Below, in pieces: positions 1-8,692 of a DNA stretch of 64,000 nt; position 1 is the stretch's first letter; each line of letters begins with the position of its first letter. The notes under the pieces are model-generated. The model did no database searches and had not been told where the DNA came from. It saw nothing but the letters and a program-made list of their open reading frames with translations. Position numbers and translations under genes: made by a program. Origin of the DNA: an uncultured Gemmatimonadales bacterium (GTDB taxonomy: Bacteria > Gemmatimonadota > Gemmatimonadetes > Gemmatimonadales > GWC2-71-9); contig CAVSQW010000007.1 in NCBI GenBank assembly GCA_963730185.1, forward strand, positions 544,001 through 608,000, read 5' to 3'.

Positions 1-2
1 GC

Positions 3-557
3 CTCTTCGGCATCGTGACGGTGGGCAACGCCTGCACCATCGCCGCCACGCGGCTTCTCTTCGCGCTGAGCCGGGCCCGGGCCATCACCCCGGTCTTTCA
101 GCGGCTCCATGCCGAGTATGGCTCGCCGGTGCCGGCCATCGCCTTCGTCACCGGGTTCGGCGTGCTGGGAAACTTTCTGGGGCGGAGCGGCATCGCGCCG
201 ATCGTCAACGTGGGGTCGGTGGCGGCCGCGCTGGGTTACCTGATCACGGCGCTGGCGGTGCTCCGCCTCCGGCGGACCGCGCCCGACCGTCCCCGTCCGT
301 ATCGGATGCCCCTGGTCCGCCTGGTGGGCGGGATCTCGGCCGCGGGGGCGCTGTTCCTCCTGGCGAGCTCGCTCCGCCAGCACTGGATCGACGCCAAGGG
401 CGGGGTGCCGATCGAGTGGGTGGTGATCGTCGTTTGGGCGGCGATCGGGTTCGCGCTCTACCGCGCGGCCGGCCCCTCGCGCCGAGCGTTAGGCGAGTCG
501 CAGCTCCGGCGGTTGGTGCTGGGGCTCGAATCGTCCCCGCACGAGGAGACCCGATGA
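3..557 (+). CDS. APC-family amino acid permease, C-terminal part (5' truncated by window edge)
   Basis: Multiple hydrophobic helices; APC-like motifs ATRLLFALSR, GSPVPAI and LRRTAPDRPRPYRMP. Confidence 0.8.
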   Translation, partial: LFGIVTVGNACTIAATRLLFALSRARAITPVFQRLHAEYGSPVPAIAFVTGFGVLGNFLGRSGIAPIVNVGSVAAALGYLITALAVLRLRRTAPDRPRPYRMPLVRLVGGISAAGALFLLASSLRQHWIDAKGGVPIEWVVIVVWAAIGFALYRAAGPSRRALGESQLRRLVLGLESSPHEETR

Positions 558-955
558 CCGACGACACCGACGTCCCGACTCTGCTGGCTCGCGCTGCCGC
601 CGGCTTGGACCAGGCCCTGATGGCACAGGACGCCCGGGCCGCGGCGAGCTACTTTACCCCGGCGGCCGTCCTCGGCGAATCGGGCCTGGACGACGTCCGA
701 GGCCGGACCGCGATCGAGGCGTTCCTGGCCGAGGCCAACACCCGGCGCCGGGTCGAGTTCCATGCTCTGACCCGGGAGGAGCTGATCCTGCTCGGCGACC
801 GGGCCGTCGAGGTCGCCCGGTTCGAGGAGGTCAAGCGCCGCCTCGGGGCGGAGCCGGAGCGGGAACGGGGCCGAACCGTCACGTTCTGGCGGCGCGAGCC
901 CGACGGCGAATGGCGCATCGAACGGCTGGTGGTGAGCGATCTGCCCGCCCCGTGA
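554..955 (+). CDS. NTF2-like / DUF4440 (SnoaL-like) protein
   Basis: GAGGAG RBS; ATGA overlap with the upstream stop; GRTAIEAF and C-terminal WRREPDGEWRI typical of NTF2-like folds. Confidence 0.7.
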   Translation: MTDDTDVPTLLARAAAGLDQALMAQDARAAASYFTPAAVLGESGLDDVRGRTAIEAFLAEANTRRRVEFHALTREELILLGDRAVEVARFEEVKRRLGAEPERERGRTVTFWRREPDGEWRIERLVVSDLPAP

Positions 956-981
956 GTTGCCCGTCCTGACGGAGGAGTGAG

Positions 982-2478
982 ATGGTCCGGAACCTATGGA
1001 GGACGTTGGCGGGCTTCGCCGGCGGGCTGGTGCTGGCCTTCGTCCCGGTGCGAGCCTCGGCCCAGCAGGTCAGCTACGACCTGGTGATCAGCGGCGGACG
1101 GGTGATGGATCCGGCGAGCGGGCTCGACGCGGTTCGGAACGTCGGCGTCCGGGGCGGTCGGGTAGCCGTCATCACCACTCGCGCCCTCGCCGGCCGACGG
1201 ACCATCGACGCCCGCGGACTGGTGGTGGCACCCGGCTTCATCGACCTCCATTCCCACTCCATCCCCTTCGGCGGTGACCGCTGGCAGGTGCGTGACGGCG
1301 TCACCACCGCGCTCGAGCTCGAGGAGGGGGCCTTCCCGGTGGCGGAGTGGTACTCGCGGCTCGAGGGCAAGACCTATCTCAACTTCGGCGCCAGTGCCGG
1401 TCACATCCCGGCGCGGGTCGCGGTCATGGAGCACGCCACCTCGTTCGAGCAGGCCTTTGCGCTCCGACGGTCGGCCGAAGACCCCACGCCGCCCTGGTCC
1501 CACCGCCCCGCCACGGTGGAGGACCTGACCCGGCTGGCCACGGTGATCGAGGACGGCCTGGCCGCCGGGGGGCTCGGCATCGGCTTCGAGATCAACGAGT
1601 CGCCGGCCGCCTCACGCGAAGAGATCCTGATGCTCTTCACGCTGGCCAAGCGGCACGGCGTCCCGATCTATGCTCACCTCCGGCAGATGGGCAACGACCC
1701 GATCACCGGCAGCCTGGCCGGCGTCGATGAGGTGCTTGCCGACGCGGCCGTGACCGGCGCCTCGACCCATTTCGTCCATCTGGGCAGCTCGACCCTGGGC
1801 TACGCCCCGACCGCGATCCGGATGATCGAGTCCGCCCGGGCCCGCGGGCTCGACCTGACGGCCGAGGTCTATCCCTACACCGCGGCCTCGACCGGGATCA
1901 ACACCGCGCTGTTCGAGGGCGACTGGCAGGCCAGGCTGGGCATCGGCTACGCCGACCTGGAGTGGCCCCCGACCGGCGAGCGGCTGACCGCCGAGACGTT
2001 CGCCCGGTATCGGAAGGAGGGCGGGGCGGTGATCATCCACATGATCCCCGACTCGGTCGTCGCGATGCTGGTGGCCCGGCCGGGCGTGATCATCGCCAGC
2101 GACGCGATGCCGCTGATCGACGGTCGGGGGCACCCCCGCGGCGTGGGCACCTTCGCCCGGGTGCTCGGCCGCTACGTCCGGGAACAGCACGCCCTGAGCC
2201 TGATGGACGCGATTCGGAAGATGACCCTGCTGCCGGCCGAGCGAGTCCGGGGGGCCGCGCCTCGGATGGCGCGGAAGGGCCGACTCGAGGTCGGAGCCGA
2301 CGCGGACATCACCGTCTTCGACCCGGCCACGGTCATCGACCGCGCCACCTTCGCCGAGCCCGCCCAGGCCTCGGGCGGCATTCCGTACGTCGTCGTGAAC
2401 GGGGTGGTGGTCGTCGACCAGGGTGAGCTGGTGCCGGGCGTCGCGCCCGGCCAGGCGATCCGGCGCGGGAGCCCGTGA
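982..2478 (+). CDS. Secreted amidohydrolase (N-acyl-D-amino-acid deacylase / D-aminoacylase-like)
   Basis: Signal peptide; PGFIDLHSH metal motif, SD, HPRGVGTF and KGRLEVGADADITVFDP. Confidence 0.85.
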   Translation: MVRNLWRTLAGFAGGLVLAFVPVRASAQQVSYDLVISGGRVMDPASGLDAVRNVGVRGGRVAVITTRALAGRRTIDARGLVVAPGFIDLHSHSIPFGGDRWQVRDGVTTALELEEGAFPVAEWYSRLEGKTYLNFGASAGHIPARVAVMEHATSFEQAFALRRSAEDPTPPWSHRPATVEDLTRLATVIEDGLAAGGLGIGFEINESPAASREEILMLFTLAKRHGVPIYAHLRQMGNDPITGSLAGVDEVLADAAVTGASTHFVHLGSSTLGYAPTAIRMIESARARGLDLTAEVYPYTAASTGINTALFEGDWQARLGIGYADLEWPPTGERLTAETFARYRKEGGAVIIHMIPDSVVAMLVARPGVIIASDAMPLIDGRGHPRGVGTFARVLGRYVREQHALSLMDAIRKMTLLPAERVRGAAPRMARKGRLEVGADADITVFDPATVIDRATFAEPAQASGGIPYVVVNGVVVVDQGELVPGVAPGQAIRRGSP

Positions 2479-4355
2479 CTGCGGCGTCGTCCGCGGCCGA
2501 GGTGCGCGCCGCTTATCAGTCCAACCTCGAGCGCTGGCAGCGTGCCTACGAGGCCGAGACCGCGCGGTTCGCCCGGATCGGCCTGGTGCGGGGCCTGGTC
2601 TTCGTGGCCGCCGCCGGGCTCGCCGTAGCGATCGTCCTGCGGGTCGGCGGCGTCACCCCCACGTGGCTCCTCCTCCCCGTGATCGCGTTCATTGGACTGG
2701 TGGTGTGGCACGAGCGGGTCAGCCGCCGCCAGGCGGCGGCGCTCCGCAGCGTCAACTACTTCCTGCGCGGCTTGGCCCGGCTGGACGGTCGCTGGCTCGA
2801 GGGCGGCGACGACGGCGAACGGTTCCGGGACGACGCCCATCCCTACGCGACCGATCTCGAGCTGTTCGGACGCGGATCGGTCTTCCACCTGGTCTCCACC
2901 TGCCGAACCAACACCGGCGCTCTTCGGCTCGCGGGGTGGCTCCTGGCGCCCGCCGGGGTGGAGGAGATCGGCCGGCGCCAGGCGGCGGTTCGTGAGCTCG
3001 CTGGGAAGCTCGAGCTCCGCCACGCGCTCGCCGTGATCGGACCCGACCTCCGGGCGGGACTCGATTCGCGGGTGGTGCGCGACTGGGCCACCGCGCCCCC
3101 GGTCGGAATTCCGGCCTGGTACCGTGCCGGTGCTCTGCTTGCCGCCCTGGCCAACCTCGCGACCCTGATCGGGTGGGGTCTCGACTGGTGGAAGGGGTTG
3201 CCGTTCGCCGCAACGGCGCTGGTTGGTCTGATGGTGGCCTTCTCGATCCGGTCGAGGGTGGTCGGCATTCTCGCCGCGGCCGACGCCCCGACCCGCGAGC
3301 TCCGCCTGTTGGCGGCCCTCCTGGAGCGGGTCGCCGAGGAGCGGTTCGCCTGCCCGTGGCTCGAGGAGCTGGGCGGTCGTTGGCATCGATCGGGCGCCTC
3401 CCCCGCGCTCGAGGTCCGGCGCCTGGAGCGGCTGGTGGATCTGGTCGACGCCCGGCGGAATCAGATCTTCATGCCGATCGCCGGGGTCGTGCTGCTCGGG
3501 ACCCAGCTCGCCATCGCCATCGAGCGCTGGCGCGAACGAACCGGCCCCGCCGTGGTCGACTGGCTCGATGCCATGGGCGATCTCGAAGCCGCGGTGTCGT
3601 TCGGCACCCACGCGGCCGAGCACCCGGACGATGCGTGGCCGGTGGTGGCCGAGGGTCCGCCCCGCATCGTGGCGACCGGACTGGCGCACCCGCTCCTGCC
3701 GGAAGCCACCGTGGTCCGGAACGACCTGGCCCTCGGCGACCCCTGGCGCCTGGCCGTCATCAGCGGGTCGAACATGTCGGGCAAGAGCACCTTGCTCAAA
3801 GCGGTCGGCGTGAACCTGATGCTGGCGCAAGCCGGGGCGCCGGTGCGGGCCAGATCGCTCGCCCTGGCTCCGGCCGCGCTGGGCGCGTCGCTGGTGCTCC
3901 GCGACTCCCTGCTCGAGGGGCGCTCCCGCTTCTTCGCCGAGATCGTGCGGCTCCGCGACATCGTGGCCCTCACCGCGGGCGAGCGCCCCGTGGTCTTTCT
4001 CCTCGACGAGCTGCTGAGCGGGACCAACTCACACGACCGTGCGGTCGGCGCCGAGGGCGTGCTGAAGGGTCTGGTCGACCGGGGGGCCATCGGCCTGGTG
4101 ACCACCCACGACCTGGCCCTGACCCGGATCGCTGATGCCCTTGGCGACGGTGCGGTCAACTGGCACCTCGAGGACCGGTTCGAGGCGGGCCAGCTGGCGT
4201 TCGACTATCGCCTCAAGCCCGGCGTGGTGAAGCGGAGCAATGCTCTGGAGCTGATGCGGAGCGTGGGGTTGGAGGTGAGACGGGAAGGGACGGGGAGGGA
4301 CGGGGAGAGACGGGGAGAGACGCGGGGAGACGAGGAGTCACGGGGGGCGGAGTAA
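2475..4355 (+). CDS. Membrane-associated MutS-related ATPase (MutS domain V only)
   Basis: GSNMSGKST Walker A, SRFFAEIVRL, LLDELLSGTN, TTHD; N-terminal TM helices; no mismatch-recognition domain visible. Confidence 0.85.
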   Translation: MTAASSAAEVRAAYQSNLERWQRAYEAETARFARIGLVRGLVFVAAAGLAVAIVLRVGGVTPTWLLLPVIAFIGLVVWHERVSRRQAAALRSVNYFLRGLARLDGRWLEGGDDGERFRDDAHPYATDLELFGRGSVFHLVSTCRTNTGALRLAGWLLAPAGVEEIGRRQAAVRELAGKLELRHALAVIGPDLRAGLDSRVVRDWATAPPVGIPAWYRAGALLAALANLATLIGWGLDWWKGLPFAATALVGLMVAFSIRSRVVGILAAADAPTRELRLLAALLERVAEERFACPWLEELGGRWHRSGASPALEVRRLERLVDLVDARRNQIFMPIAGVVLLGTQLAIAIERWRERTGPAVVDWLDAMGDLEAAVSFGTHAAEHPDDAWPVVAEGPPRIVATGLAHPLLPEATVVRNDLALGDPWRLAVISGSNMSGKSTLLKAVGVNLMLAQAGAPVRARSLALAPAALGASLVLRDSLLEGRSRFFAEIVRLRDIVALTAGERPVVFLLDELLSGTNSHDRAVGAEGVLKGLVDRGAIGLVTTHDLALTRIADALGDGAVNWHLEDRFEAGQLAFDYRLKPGVVKRSNALELMRSVGLEVRREGTGRDGERRGETRGDEESRGAE

Positions 4356-4383
4356 GTTCCACGCCGCCCCCCGTGTCCCCGTC
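4281..4383. repeat. Purine-rich 10-bp periodic tandem repeat followed by an inverted copy (hairpin)
   Basis: About 7 degenerate units of CGGGGAGAGA, then CACGGGGGGCGG...CCGCCCCCCGTG inverted repeat between convergent genes. Confidence 0.75.
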
Positions 4384-5044
4384 AGAATCCAAATCGCAAT
4401 CCCAGCGAGACCACTGGATAGTACTTGAGGTACGACCGGCTCTCGATGTCGTCCTGAACGTTCTGGATCTCCTGCTGCACGTTCTGGTCGAACGCCGCCT
4501 TCGCCTGACCCGTCAGGTTCGTCGTGCCGGTCAGGGCCACTTTCGGATACCCCGAGAAGACGACGCCCACGTCGAACAGCAGCGACACCCGGCCTCGGCC
4601 CGAGAAGCCCAGACCGGCATAGGGCGCGTACTTCGAGGCGTACCTCACCTCGCCGGTCAGCGAGCCGACGTCCGACGGCTGGTAGGTGGTCGTGCCGATC
4701 GTGATCGGCCCGGTCAGCTGCGCCTCGACCGTTCCCTGATTCGAGTTGTAGAGCATGCCGCCGGACAGGTGGAACGCGCTCCCGAGCGGATGCAGGTCCA
4801 CGATTGCCGTGGCGTTCTGGAGCTTCGGCTTGAGGGCGTAGTCGATGCCCTGGATGGTGGCGTTGCGATTGGTGGTGAAGTAGTAGCCCCCGACCCGGAG
4901 GCCGAGGTACTTGCCTCGGACCGACAGCTCGCCGCCGGCACCGAGCGTCGACGCCCGAAGGCCGATGCCGACCTGGGCCTGAACCGGAGCGGCAGCCGCC
5001 AGGACCGCCAACGTCGCACCTGCCAACATGATTCGCTTCATCAC
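4382..5044 (-). CDS. Outer-membrane beta-barrel protein
   Basis: Signal peptide (AAAAPVQA/Q), amphipathic strands, C-terminal LGLRFGF. Confidence 0.7.
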   Translation of the reverse strand: MMKRIMLAGATLAVLAAAAPVQAQVGIGLRASTLGAGGELSVRGKYLGLRVGGYYFTTNRNATIQGIDYALKPKLQNATAIVDLHPLGSAFHLSGGMLYNSNQGTVEAQLTGPITIGTTTYQPSDVGSLTGEVRYASKYAPYAGLGFSGRGRVSLLFDVGVVFSGYPKVALTGTTNLTGQAKAAFDQNVQQEIQNVQDDIESRSYLKYYPVVSLGLRFGF

Positions 5045-5254
5045 CGCATCCCCCCGGATGGACGACTGCAGAGTCTTGCCCCCGCCCCCGCAGGGCCGGA
5101 GGGCGCACGATTCCTCCTGGCCGGGGTGGCAAGGACGAGGCCAGCCGTAACCCTCGAGCCCCGAAGGCCGTTCGAACCCGGGAAACGGGCCGTCCCTGGC
5201 ACAGCGCCAGACCAGCCGAAATGTTGGAAGTGAATGCAGTGAAGGAAGTTGCGC

Positions 5255-6169
5255 TCAGTGCTCCCCGGGAAGGGGCAAGGAGACCAGGATGGCCGTAACC
5301 GCGAGGAGGAGGGCGGCCGCCGCGGTTTCGAGCACCGCGGTTTTCCGGAGCGGACCGGCATCGCCTGCCGCTCGGAGTCGGGGAAGGGCCACTCGCCAGT
5401 GATAGGCCCCCAGGCCGGCCACCACCGCCAGGGCCAGCAGCTTGATCAGGAGAGTGCGCCCGTAGCCGGGGGTGAAGAGCGGGGAAACACCGCCCAGGTA
5501 CCGGTACCCCATGATGACCCCGGCGGCCATCGTCGTGAGGCCACTCGCCAGCGCGATCGGCGAAAACGCCGCGACCATGGCGCCGGCGCCCACGCCCTCC
5601 GCCCCGCTGGGTGCCAGGCCCACGAGCACCACCACCACGAGCGTTCCTAGCCAAGTGGCTCCGGCGCCGAAATGCGCGGCGTCCAACAGCCAGCCGTAGC
5701 GCCCCGCCTGCTCGATCGCCACGGCATGACCGGTCCAGGAGGCCGAGCCGGCCATGCCCAGGGCCACCAGCGCCGCGAGACCCCACCCGAGCCGGCCGGC
5801 CCGGCGAACGCCGGCGAGCCCCGCCGCGATCAGGCCGAGCACGGCGACGGTCGTTTGCGCCGTCCAGCCCTTACCCCAGGTCGTGCCCAGGACCAGGCCG
5901 AGGAACTCCCGGGTGATCGGCTCGTCGGGATCGGCCAGCGAGCGGGCCTGGAGATAGAGGCGGGCCGCGAGAGCGGCCAGGAGCACCAACGCGGCGCCGG
6001 TCAGCAGGCGGCCCAGGGGCGGCGCGGTCGGTGAGGGAGCGCCGGCGCCTCGCGCCGCCCGAGGCCACACCGCCAGCCGAAAGACCACCACCCCGATGAA
6101 CAGGAACGCGGCGAGGTAGTCGAGCCACCTCGCCGCGGCATAGAGGACGGACGGACCGTCCCAGGTCAT
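5255..6169 (-). CDS. copD: CopD-family copper resistance membrane protein
   Basis: TGHA, AHFGAGATWLG and YGRTLLIKL motifs; multi-TM; ATGA-coupled to copC. Confidence 0.8.
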   Translation of the reverse strand: MTWDGPSVLYAAARWLDYLAAFLFIGVVVFRLAVWPRAARGAGAPSPTAPPLGRLLTGAALVLLAALAARLYLQARSLADPDEPITREFLGLVLGTTWGKGWTAQTTVAVLGLIAAGLAGVRRAGRLGWGLAALVALGMAGSASWTGHAVAIEQAGRYGWLLDAAHFGAGATWLGTLVVVVLVGLAPSGAEGVGAGAMVAAFSPIALASGLTTMAAGVIMGYRYLGGVSPLFTPGYGRTLLIKLLALAVVAGLGAYHWRVALPRLRAAGDAGPLRKTAVLETAAAALLLAVTAILVSLPLPGEH

Positions 6170-6531
6170 GGCTTGACGGTAAAGCCGTACTTTCCGCGCA
6201 CCGCGTGCCCGTCCGTCCCGGCCGTGCGCCAGGCTACGGTATAGCTGCCCGGCCCGATCGACTCGTTGAGATCGAACGAGATCGAGAGGGTGTCGTCCGT
6301 CGCCTTGGCCTTGCTGACGCCCACCTTGGTCTGATCGGCGCGATAGAGCGTGATGCTGCTGAAATTGGCTTCCGGCTTCTCGGCGAACCAGAGCCGAATC
6401 GCGGTCGGCGCCGTCGTCAGCTCGTCCTGGTCGGCGGGCAGACTCTTGGTCAGGTGGTTGTGATAGGCCCAGACCGGGGCCGCGATCAGGGTGGCCAGGG
6501 CGAGGGTGGTGGCGAGCGAACGAACGGACAT
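6166..6531 (-). CDS. copC: CopC periplasmic copper-binding protein
   Basis: Signal peptide, N-terminal HNHL..S.P, C-terminal W....DGH...G.Y.F.V. Confidence 0.9.
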   Translation of the reverse strand: MSVRSLATTLALATLIAAPVWAYHNHLTKSLPADQDELTTAPTAIRLWFAEKPEANFSSITLYRADQTKVGVSKAKATDDTLSISFDLNESIGPGSYTVAWRTAGTDGHAVRGKYGFTVKP

Positions 6532-6565
6532 GACGATCTCCGTCTCCTGGAAGCGTGGGTAGAGC

Positions 6566-7405
6566 TTAGGTGCTGACCGGGCCGTCTGGCAAGCCGCCCG
6601 CCGCGTCCCGGTCGGCCCGCCGTTCGGCGTGTGCCCACCGAAAGAAGATGATCGTGATCCCGATCCAGACGATCGGGTCGCCGATGACCTTCATGACCAG
6701 TCCCGCGGTCTGCTGGTCGTACCAGGCCGTGAGCAGCGGGTCGACCCGCGGCGCCATCTCGTACAGCCGGTAGAGCGGGTAGTCCGCGAAGGTGAGGAAC
6801 GCGGCCGGCAGCGTCGCCGGCACGGTCTGCAGGAAGAGATAGCCCATTTGCAGTGGTGGGCGGAGCCGGATCAAGCGCTCCGGCGCCGTCACCGGCAGCC
6901 AGAGGAGGAAGCCGGCCAGCACCCAGAGCATGTCCAGCGCGAAGGAGCCGAGCTGGCTCGCCATGAAGCCATCGACGATGGCCGGAAAGTGGGTCGCGAT
7001 CAGGATCAGGTTGTACCCGATCAGCCCGGTCGCGGGGTGCGAGGCGACTCGGAGCCATCCGGGTCCGCCCGCGTCGTTGTCGACCGCCCGGCGAAGCCGG
7101 GGCCGGAGCCCGAGCAGCAGCAGGGCCGGGGCCGTATTGGCCAGCAGCACGAACTGGAACGAATGCGCGCTGGCCAGATAGCCCCCGCCCAGTGTGCCGA
7201 GCGGCCAGTCGAGCGACAGCCAGAGGACCAGCGCCCCGAGCAGGTAGAAGAGGGTGGCCTGCCGCCGCTCGCGGTCGGAGGCGGTCCGGTCGCGACCGAA
7301 GGCCCAGTAGAGGCCGACCACGGCCAGGACGAAGAGCCAGACGCCGGGATAGGCTCGCCAGGTCCAGCTCCAGGGCAAATCGGTCGCCGAGCACCACCAG
7401 GTCAT
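6566..7405 (-). CDS. Cytochrome c oxidase assembly factor, Caa3_CtaG family
   Basis: DWPL..L...YL.SAH..Q, DQQTAGLVMK; ATGA overlap with the SCO gene. Confidence 0.8.
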   Translation of the reverse strand: MTWWCSATDLPWSWTWRAYPGVWLFVLAVVGLYWAFGRDRTASDRERRQATLFYLLGALVLWLSLDWPLGTLGGGYLASAHSFQFVLLANTAPALLLLGLRPRLRRAVDNDAGGPGWLRVASHPATGLIGYNLILIATHFPAIVDGFMASQLGSFALDMLWVLAGFLLWLPVTAPERLIRLRPPLQMGYLFLQTVPATLPAAFLTFADYPLYRLYEMAPRVDPLLTAWYDQQTAGLVMKVIGDPIVWIGITIIFFRWAHAERRADRDAAGGLPDGPVST

Positions 7406-8025
7406 GAGCGGCGCGCGACTCCCGACCAGAGGCGACGGAGACCCGGCAGGTCGTCGGCCCAATCACGCTGCATCGTGCCGGCCGGATATTGGATGTGGAC
7501 CGAATCGTCCGGGGACACCACGATTACCTGGGCGGCGTGGGAGACGAAGTACTCGCCCGAGGGAAGGGTGGTATCGCGGACCGCGGGCGCGACCCCCGCC
7601 GCCTGCTGCGCGGCCTTGACCTGCTCGGGGGTTCCGGTCAGGCCGATGAAGGCCGGATCGAAGTGATGGAGCCACTCCGTCAGGCGCTCGGGCGTGTCGC
7701 GCTCGGGGTCGGTGGTCACGAACACCACGGAGATGTTCCGCCGGTCTTCGGCCGTGAGCCGCCCCAGAACCGCGCCGAGATTGGCCATCGTGGCGGGACA
7801 GACGTCGGGGCAGTTGGTGTAGCCGAAGAAGAGAAAGGTCAGCCGGCCGGCCGTGGCCCGGTCGAAGGCGAAGGGCTGCCCGCGGAGCGTGGTGAGCGTG
7901 AAGGCCGGGCGGGGCGTGGGGGTCGGTGGCACGAAGCCGTGGAGACCATCGATCGTCCTCGTGGTGGCCGGTCCGCATCCCGCGACGACCGCGACCACCA
8001 GCAGCAGCCCCCAAACCCTCGTCAT
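7402..8025 (-). CDS. SCO-family copper chaperone lipoprotein
   Basis: Lipobox VAGC; FGYTNCPDVC, DPERDT and conserved His. Confidence 0.92.
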   Translation of the reverse strand: MTRVWGLLLVVAVVAGCGPATTRTIDGLHGFVPPTPTPRPAFTLTTLRGQPFAFDRATAGRLTFLFFGYTNCPDVCPATMANLGAVLGRLTAEDRRNISVVFVTTDPERDTPERLTEWLHHFDPAFIGLTGTPEQVKAAQQAAGVAPAVRDTTLPSGEYFVSHAAQVIVVSPDDSVHIQYPAGTMQRDWADDLPGLRRLWSGVARRS

Positions 8026-8059
8026 GCGACCCAAAATAACCGTGCCGCCCCCCGCTCGC

Positions 8060-8692
8060 TCAGCCCGCGGACGGATCGAGCCCGCGGGCGGCGCCTCGCG
8101 TTAGGCGGAGGAACGACCATTGGCCCGCCGCCGTGCCGATCAGCGCGCCCGCCACCACGTCGCTCAGGAAATGGGCCTGGGCCAGGATCCGGGTCATTCC
8201 GCAGCCGAACGCCAGGGCGTAGAGCACCGGCACCGCCCGGGGGAACCGCCGGTGGAGCGCCCCGGCCCCCCCGAACGCTACCGCGGCGTGGCTGCTGGGC
8301 ATCCCGAAGCCGCCGGAATAGAAGGGGCGGTCGGAGTAGGGCCGGAAGTGATAGAGGCCGGTCGCGTCGGGTCGCTCCCGCCGGACCAACAGCTTGATCA
8401 GCTCCGCCCCGAGCCCACCCACGATCATCGCCAGGACCACCGCGCCGGCGGCCCGCCGCTGCGCCACGGCCGGCGCGTCCTCCCGGCCCCGGCCCTCGAG
8501 CCAGATCGCCAGGGCCAGGAGGCCCCAGGTCGGCGCGTAGCCCATGGTGCGGAGGAGCCGGCCCCAGTCGCGATCGTTCACCCCGGGAACCACCACGTGG
8601 CGGTAGACCCACCCATCCGCCAGGTGGGCCGCCATCAGCAGCACCGCCGCCGCCGCGATCCAGTTCAGCGTCCGTCGCGTGGGGAGAGTCAT
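8060..8692 (-). CDS. PAP2-family phosphatase
   Basis: K...RERP, PSSH, R....AHFLSDV motifs. Confidence 0.88.
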   Translation of the reverse strand: MTLPTRRTLNWIAAAAVLLMAAHLADGWVYRHVVVPGVNDRDWGRLLRTMGYAPTWGLLALAIWLEGRGREDAPAVAQRRAAGAVVLAMIVGGLGAELIKLLVRRERPDATGLYHFRPYSDRPFYSGGFGMPSSHAAVAFGGAGALHRRFPRAVPVLYALAFGCGMTRILAQAHFLSDVVAGALIGTAAGQWSFLRLTRGAARGLDPSAG

